Origin: an uncultured archaeon | GTDB lineage: Archaea > Asgardarchaeota > Lokiarchaeia > Sigyniarchaeales > SOKP01 | Length of the DNA: 21,921 nucleotides | NCBI GenBank assembly: GCA_964583985.1 | Contig: CAZOYD010000059.1 | Location: forward strand, 1 to 21,921 | Direction: 5' to 3' | Shown here: one piece after another, positions 16,716 to 21,921 of the stretch | Layout: each line of letters begins with the position of its first letter | Numbering within the stretch: the first letter of the stretch is position 1 | Notes under the pieces: generated by a model | The model's input: only the letters and a program-made list of their open reading frames with translations | What the model was told of the DNA's origin: nothing | Database searches by the model: none | Made by a program: the position numbers and the translations under genes

Positions 16716-17408
16716 ATGACAGATCAAGATATGGCTGAGGAAAAGGTACTTCTTGATATTGGGAAAAAGAATAAGAGAATAAATAAATGTCTAAATGAGA
16801 AATCTATCGGAACATTTTTAATTTTAGGAGGAATCACATATCTATTATTGCTCATTGTAAATATCTTTTTGGCATCATTTTATGGATACAACATCTGCAT
16901 TAATTTTATTAGTCAATTAGGAGATAGCAGTATTATTCCTTTTCCATTTTTAAATGATGGCATCACGATCTTCTGTGGTATAATAATGTTTTTTAGCCAT
17001 TTCTATTATGTTCATCAATTAAAAATTCAGTATCACCTTTCAAAAAGTTTTAATATATTAATAAGACTTGGATTTCTATGTGGATTAATTGGAGCGGTGG
17101 GATATTTGTTTTTAGGGGTATTTAACCTGGATAGAGCGGGTCCAGGCATACTATATCACGCCATATCTATGGGATTTGCTTTTACCGGTTTTTTAGTCTC
17201 AATCGCTTTTTACAGTTTAGCATTTTTTTTAACCCATAATCGCAATCTTAAAAAGTTAGGTTTGTATGGTTTAACTTTTCCTTTCATTTGCTTTATAGTG
17301 TATAGTCCTACAAACAATACATTCGCTGAATGGGTTTTATTATTTTCAATCATAGCATTTTTTCTGGCTTTTATATATAATATTAGAACATATAAAATTC
17401 GCGATTAA
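16716..17408 (+). CDS. Multi-pass membrane protein, DUF998/Frag1-like
   Basis: About six hydrophobic segments with the motifs NFISQLG, GVF, H, EW. Confidence 0.7.
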   Translation: MTDQDMAEEKVLLDIGKKNKRINKCLNEKSIGTFLILGGITYLLLLIVNIFLASFYGYNICINFISQLGDSSIIPFPFLNDGITIFCGIIMFFSHFYYVHQLKIQYHLSKSFNILIRLGFLCGLIGAVGYLFLGVFNLDRAGPGILYHAISMGFAFTGFLVSIAFYSLAFFLTHNRNLKKLGLYGLTFPFICFIVYSPTNNTFAEWVLLFSIIAFFLAFIYNIRTYKIRD

Positions 17409-17670
17409 AGGGAATTTCATTTCTTTATAATCCTCCTAAAATTTGAGATAATAAATATATAACCAAGAATTTAAGAAGTGAAGTCACATATACATGTTCC
17501 AATCTTACTAGTGATCAACGCTAAAAATGCCTCTTTCCTGAGAAATTTTTCTGCCTAGCAACCGATAGTTATCCCACTCTTTAAAATTTAAATTGTGAAA
17601 AAGAAGGCACTACAATCTGTATCTAAAAGATTTTCAATAAAAATTTGTCGCTTTAAATAGGAAAAAGGAA

Positions 17671-17859
17671 AAAATGAACATTTTTTTGAAATAGCATTCA
17701 CAATTATTTATTTGTTCATTTCACTTATTTTTGTCGATTTAGAAGATTAAACACACCATTCATGCAGATGGGAAATATATGGGTAAGATTTAAAAAGGAT
17801 CTCAATTAATATAACTTAATAACAAAAATATAGAAAATGAAAATTTTTTTGAAATAACA
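17671..17859 (+). repeat. 26-bp imperfect direct repeat (17671-17696 and 17834-17859)
   Basis: AAAATGAACATTTTTTTGAAATAGCA versus AAAATGAAAATTTTTTTGAAATAACA, 24 of 26 identical. Confidence 0.6.
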
Positions 17860-17877
17860 AAACAAATTAAACAAAAT

Positions 17878-18123
17878 ATGGGTGATGAACGCAACGTGCT
17901 AAATTGTGAAAAATGTGGTGTAGAATATTCATATGGTCGAACAATTTTCCATGAATGTGATGATAATATAATAACTCATGGTGTTATTTTTGAAAATTCC
18001 AAAAATTATCACGATTGGAATTGTGTATCTGCACTTGACTCAGATCTATACCAGATCGAGGAAAAGATAATTGAGAGCTTCATAAGTAACTCTAAAGCTG
18101 GTTCATTATATTTATATGAATAA
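17878..18123 (+). CDS. Small hypothetical protein with possible zinc-ribbon N-terminus
   Basis: 81-aa ATG ORF filling the intergenic gap. CEKC-x11-HEC, plus a later H/C (YHDWNC). Confidence 0.6.
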   Translation: MGDERNVLNCEKCGVEYSYGRTIFHECDDNIITHGVIFENSKNYHDWNCVSALDSDLYQIEEKIIESFISNSKAGSLYLYE

Positions 18124-18250
18124 TTACTTTATTAAAAAAAAATATTTTACTTACTTCTTCATTTTTACCTTCTTATATTGAATTATTTTAAAGATTAATT
18201 ATTCCATGGAATGCTTTAATCTATTTCTAATGATGATAAGCGAAAATTTC

Positions 18251-18263
18251 AAAAGCTTTAAAG
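18251..18263 (+). promoter_or_regulatory. BRE/TATA-like promoter of the PfkB kinase gene
   Basis: AAAAGC-TTTAAAG, with the TATA-like element 21-26 nt upstream of ATG 18283. Confidence 0.4.
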
Positions 18264-18282
18264 AAAATAATAAAATATATCC

Positions 18283-19200
18283 ATGTCTAAAAATGATGAG
18301 AAGGATGTTGACATTGCGATTTTAGGGCACATCGCTAAAGACATTATTGAGATTGATGGGATTTCATATCCATCAATTGGAGGAGGAGTTTTTTATGGAG
18401 GGCTTACTGGAATCCGCATGAATTTAAAGATGGCAATCATTACTCGTTTAAGAGCAGAAGATTTTTTAATCTTGGACATTTTGAGAAAAGAAGGGGTTGA
18501 AGTTATTGCTTATCCTGCTAATGAGACTTCCGGTATTCATAACATATATTCTTCTCAAAACATGGAATTTAGAAGTTATAAACCGCTTGGATTTGCTGGA
18601 GCATTTATTCAATCTGAAATTCCTGATTTCAATTTAAGGTTCTTTGTTATTGGTTCAATTCTTGCGGGAGAAGTTAATACTGATTTATTGAAATTTCTAT
18701 CAACACGATTCAAGCACAAGTTATGCTTAGATATTCAAGGATTTATTCGGATTAGAGAAAATGATAAGATTTTATATAAAAAATTGGAGGAATCCTTACA
18801 ATCTGAAATACTCTCTCAAGTAGATATATTAAAGGTGGACCAAACGGAACTGAACGTGTTAACTGATGAAAACGATATTGAGTTCGGAGCATTCAAATTA
18901 GCACAAAATTTCAAAAATATCAAGGAAATTCTCATAACTCATGAAAAAGGGATAAGCTTGTTATTTCAAGATACAATTTATTTTTATCCATGGAAAAATA
19001 AATCATCTATCGGGAGAACGGGTAGAGGAGATACGGCTTTTATTGGCTACTTAGGAGCAAGAATTTCTCAAGATCCAAAAAAAGCACTTAGATTTTCAGC
19101 AGCTTTGACGTCATTGAAAATGGAAGCTCAAGGTCCATTTAATTATTCGATCCAAGATGTTGAAAATTTAATTGAAAAAGAATATGCTCATATTGAATAA
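18283..19200 (+). CDS. PfkB/ribokinase family carbohydrate kinase
   Basis: LGHIAKD, GGG..YGG, LDIQG, LKVDQTE, ITHEKG, and the anion-hole variant GRTGRGDT. Confidence 0.88.
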   Translation: MSKNDEKDVDIAILGHIAKDIIEIDGISYPSIGGGVFYGGLTGIRMNLKMAIITRLRAEDFLILDILRKEGVEVIAYPANETSGIHNIYSSQNMEFRSYKPLGFAGAFIQSEIPDFNLRFFVIGSILAGEVNTDLLKFLSTRFKHKLCLDIQGFIRIRENDKILYKKLEESLQSEILSQVDILKVDQTELNVLTDENDIEFGAFKLAQNFKNIKEILITHEKGISLLFQDTIYFYPWKNKSSIGRTGRGDTAFIGYLGARISQDPKKALRFSAALTSLKMEAQGPFNYSIQDVENLIEKEYAHIE

Positions 19201-19536
19201 GTTTTTAAAGGTCTTAAATTAAAATACGATTTGAATAATGGTGAGAATCAGCTGTATTATAGAAATCCCCATGATTGACATTCTAAATAAAATTCATGCG
19301 ATTTTTGATTTCTCACGAACAAAGTATTTCCATTAAATAATTTTCAAGAAAATTTCGTGTTATAACCATACTAATTTTTAGATGGAATCGGTGAAGAATT
19401 AAAAGATAAATTTGAAAAACCAGAATATGCTACCTTATTTAATCTCCTTGAACGTTATCGAAACCTATTATTGCCTTTTAAGATTAATTTCAGAGATGAT
19501 GAGACCGGATACCGGTTGATTAATAAATTGTATTAA
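19201..19536 (+). pseudogene. Possible degraded gene remnant
   Basis: One frame gives protein-like blocks broken by stops: VFKGLKLKYDLNNGENQLYYRNPHD* and FLDGIGEELKDKFEKPEYATLFNLLERYRNLLLPFKINFRDDETGYRLINKLY* (19375-19536). The second block has no suitable start codon. Confidence 0.35.
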
Positions 19537-19550
19537 GATCATGATTGATT

Positions 19551-20684
19551 ATGAAAACAAAGGAAATTATTGAGCAAATAAATTCATGTATTGAGTGCGA
19601 GGCATGCTTGGAAGTGTGTGATACTTTTAAAGTAACTCAAAACATGCTTCAATCACCCATTGGGAGGATAAAAATCGCAAATAAAATATTTAATGATGAA
19701 ATCATTTCAGATGAGGAACTCACTGGAATTTATACCTGTACTTTATGTAGCATGTGCGATCTATTTTGCCAGAAAGAAATTCCCATTTCTGAAATAATAT
19801 TACAATCAAAAATTAATTTAGTTGAAAATCAATTAGGACCTTTAGACATCCATAAAAAAATCACATTGGGAATTATCGAGAGTCAGAATTCGGTAAACGG
19901 AAATCCCGAAGAGAGATTAAATTGGATGCCTGAAGAATATTTAAAAACAGAATTATTTGAAGAGCAAGAATCTAATACGCTATTATTTTTGGGTTGCATG
20001 TCCTCATTTCGCGTGAAAGAAAGTGCAAGCGCATCTTATCAACTTTTAAAAGAAGGAGGCTTTAATTTTAAGATTTTTAGAAATGAACCTTGCTGTGGTG
20101 AATACGTTTATTCTTCAGGAAATTTGCAGTTAGCTAAAAAAATGTTCCAAGAGAATTTTGAAGCTTTCAAGAAAGCGGGTATTGAAACAATTATGGTTAC
20201 TTGCGGAGGATGCTTATATGCTTTTAACAATATATATCCTAAGTATGTAGATGGGTGGGATATCAAAATCAAGCATGTCATGCAAGTGATTCATGAATTA
20301 TATCAACAGAGAAAACTGAAATTTAGAAAATCTGAATTTGAAATTACATATCATGATTCTTGCCGAACCGGTCGGAAATTAAAAGGTTTTGATATTTTTG
20401 ATGAACCTCGAGAATTATTAGTTAATTCAAGTAAAGTTTTACATGAATTACCAAAAAATAAAGAATTTACGCCATGTTGTGGTGCTGGAAGTGGAATACG
20501 AGGAGTTGATAGTAACATATCTATAAAAATAGGAAAAATAATATTTGATGAGTTGAAGACAGAAACAATAATAAGCTCGTGTCCTTTATGTATATTCAAT
20601 TTCAATTACGTAAATTACAAAACCCAATCGGGGATAAAACCAACTTACATAACGGATTATTTACTTAAATATTTAGATAAATAA
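19551..20684 (+). CDS. Fe-S oxidoreductase, HdrD/GlpC-like (2x[4Fe-4S] plus two CCG domains)
   Basis: CIECEACLEVC and CTLCSMCDLFC ferredoxin motifs. CCG domains FLGC..EPCCG..TCGGC and YHDSC..PCCGAGSG..SCPLC. ATG 19551 is preferred over TTG 19545. Confidence 0.9.
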   Translation: MKTKEIIEQINSCIECEACLEVCDTFKVTQNMLQSPIGRIKIANKIFNDEIISDEELTGIYTCTLCSMCDLFCQKEIPISEIILQSKINLVENQLGPLDIHKKITLGIIESQNSVNGNPEERLNWMPEEYLKTELFEEQESNTLLFLGCMSSFRVKESASASYQLLKEGGFNFKIFRNEPCCGEYVYSSGNLQLAKKMFQENFEAFKKAGIETIMVTCGGCLYAFNNIYPKYVDGWDIKIKHVMQVIHELYQQRKLKFRKSEFEITYHDSCRTGRKLKGFDIFDEPRELLVNSSKVLHELPKNKEFTPCCGAGSGIRGVDSNISIKIGKIIFDELKTETIISSCPLCIFNFNYVNYKTQSGIKPTYITDYLLKYLDK

Positions 20685-20705
20685 TATCGAAAGAGTGAAT
20701 TATAA

Positions 20706-20852
20706 ATGAGTGAAAATGAAGAAGAAAACAATGATTCAGAGGATGAGTTAGATCGGCAATGGGAGATGCAAGATAAAATCCATCATAAATGTAAAATGCG
20801 AGATGACCCTGAAGAAAAACAAAAAAAATGGAAAGAAAAGTATGGAATTTAA
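20706..20852 (+). CDS. 48-aa small charged protein (below the ORF-track cutoff)
   Basis: MSENEEENNDSEDELDRQWEMQDKIHHKCKMRDDPEEKQKKWKEKYGI*. It starts 21 nt after the Fe-S gene stop and ends 2 nt before the convergent permease stop. Confidence 0.65.
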   Translation: MSENEEENNDSEDELDRQWEMQDKIHHKCKMRDDPEEKQKKWKEKYGI

Positions 20853-20854
20853 TT

Positions 20855-21921
20855 TTAAATAGCTTTTTTTAATTCCTTAAATCTGGAGGTTTTAGTTTCA
20901 ATCTTGGCTCTCATTCCATAAAAAACGATTATTCCGCATATTATAATAATTGCCTGTATGATTATGATTAACAAATCAAATGCAAATAATAATCCAAGAC
21001 AAACAATACATCCTAATAATGCAATAATAGGCATCCAACTAATATTTGGTTTTTGTCTGAATGGTCGAGCTAAATCGGGTTTATTCTTTCGGAGAACTAT
21101 CAAACTTAAATTGACCAAAAAGAAATTAATTAATACCCCAAATACAGTAGCATGAGCTACAATCGAAATATCTCCGAAAAATATCGGTATAATAGTAAAA
21201 ATCATTGTTATTAATACAGCAAGGGTTGGAGTCCTGCGCTTTTGTGAAATTTTACTTAAACCTTCAGGCAATGCTTTATCTCGAGCCATTCCATATATCA
21301 TCCGTGAAGTTACAATTAACATGATCAAAACCGTATTTGCCGTCGCAAATAATGCAATCGAAGTCATTATAAGTCCACCAATCGGACCTAAAGCAATTAT
21401 CGCAACATAATTCAATGGAGCATTTGAACTCGCTATATCTGCATAAGGAACAATCCCAACAACTGAAATTACCGTCAAGCAATATAATATTGTGGTAATA
21501 ATAATGGATAATACTATAGCTCGTGGAAGGTTTTTATAAGGCTTTTTAACCTCTTCGGCGATATTTGCTATGTCTTCGAATCCTATATATGCGAAAAAAA
21601 TTAAAGCAACAGATGAAAAAATAGCGCCTATAGATGAAGTGGAAGGCAATACGGCATAATTTACTGAGCCAAAATGAGGGATCCCAATAATAATTATGAA
21701 GATCAATCCTGAAGCTTCAATTAATGTAAATACGATATTCATCCATGTAGATGTCCCAATACCGATAAAATTTACAATACTCAAAATTAAAACTAAGCTG
21801 ATACCAATAATTATTTTCATAATCAATAGATCTATTCCTATAAAGTCAGCTACATATCCCGCAAAACCCAATGCTACAGTTGCTGCCGAAAGAATTCCAG
21901 AAAAGATGATAATCCAACCTA
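20855..21921 (-). CDS. APC-superfamily amino acid permease (5' end outside the window)
   Basis: The frame stays open past the track start to the window edge (GWIIIFSGILSAATVALGFAGY). Motifs FFAYIGFE, AEEVKKP.KNLPRAI, SRMIYGMARD..LP, RPF. Confidence 0.93.
   Translation of the reverse strand, partial: GWIIIFSGILSAATVALGFAGYVADFIGIDLLIMKIIIGISLVLILSIVNFIGIGTSTWMNIVFTLIEASGLIFIIIIGIPHFGSVNYAVLPSTSSIGAIFSSVALIFFAYIGFEDIANIAEEVKKPYKNLPRAIVLSIIITTILYCLTVISVVGIVPYADIASSNAPLNYVAIIALGPIGGLIMTSIALFATANTVLIMLIVTSRMIYGMARDKALPEGLSKISQKRRTPTLAVLITMIFTIIPIFFGDISIVAHATVFGVLINFFLVNLSLIVLRKNKPDLARPFRQKPNISWMPIIALLGCIVCLGLLFAFDLLIIIIQAIIIICGIIVFYGMRAKIETKTSRFKELKKAI

Noticed and set aside
17671-17859. Direct repeat considered as a mini CRISPR array
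   Set aside because: Only two copies, a 137-bp spacer and no cas genes.
20351-21482. ORFs 20351-20605, 20958-21155 and the Cys-rich 21276-21482
   Set aside because: Nested in well-supported genes. The Cys richness of 21276-21482 is a frame-shifted reading of Ile/Val/Ala-rich permease codons.
1-21921. Selenocysteine (TGA) read-through, expected in some Lokiarchaeia genes
   Set aside because: The TGA stops I examined (975, 2207) abut other genes and are not in redox motifs. The Fe-S protein has all its Cys encoded normally, and no convincing SECIS was seen.

Overview
AT-rich, gene-dense archaeal chromosomal window. The gene content (two Roadblock/LC7 proteins, a vWA plus double zinc-finger protein, archaeal-type MetG, a huge single-pass surface glycoprotein, GAGGT/AGGTGA Shine-Dalgarno sites and TATA boxes) points to an Asgard archaeon, probably Lokiarchaeia/Promethearchaeota; this is inference. 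It holds about 21 CDS, including partial genes at both edges and a 48-aa ORF below the track cutoff. I found no rRNA, tRNA, CRISPR array or transposase. Most interesting: (1) a vWA-RING-RING protein resembling eukaryotic TFIIH p44/Ssl1 and Rpn10; (2) a strongly divergent RtcB-fold protein transcribed divergently from a coupled unknown-protein plus P-loop ATPase pair; (3) a tandem pair of two Roadblock types, one close to dynein light chain Roadblock; (4) a roughly 1390-aa type I membrane protein whose cytoplasmic tail carries eukaryote-like sorting or LD-like motifs; (5) a 79-codon stop-free frame ending in a hydrophobic helix, in frame directly after the stop of the MBL hydrolase. All family assignments come from motif recognition by eye and from remembered sequences; no searches were run.
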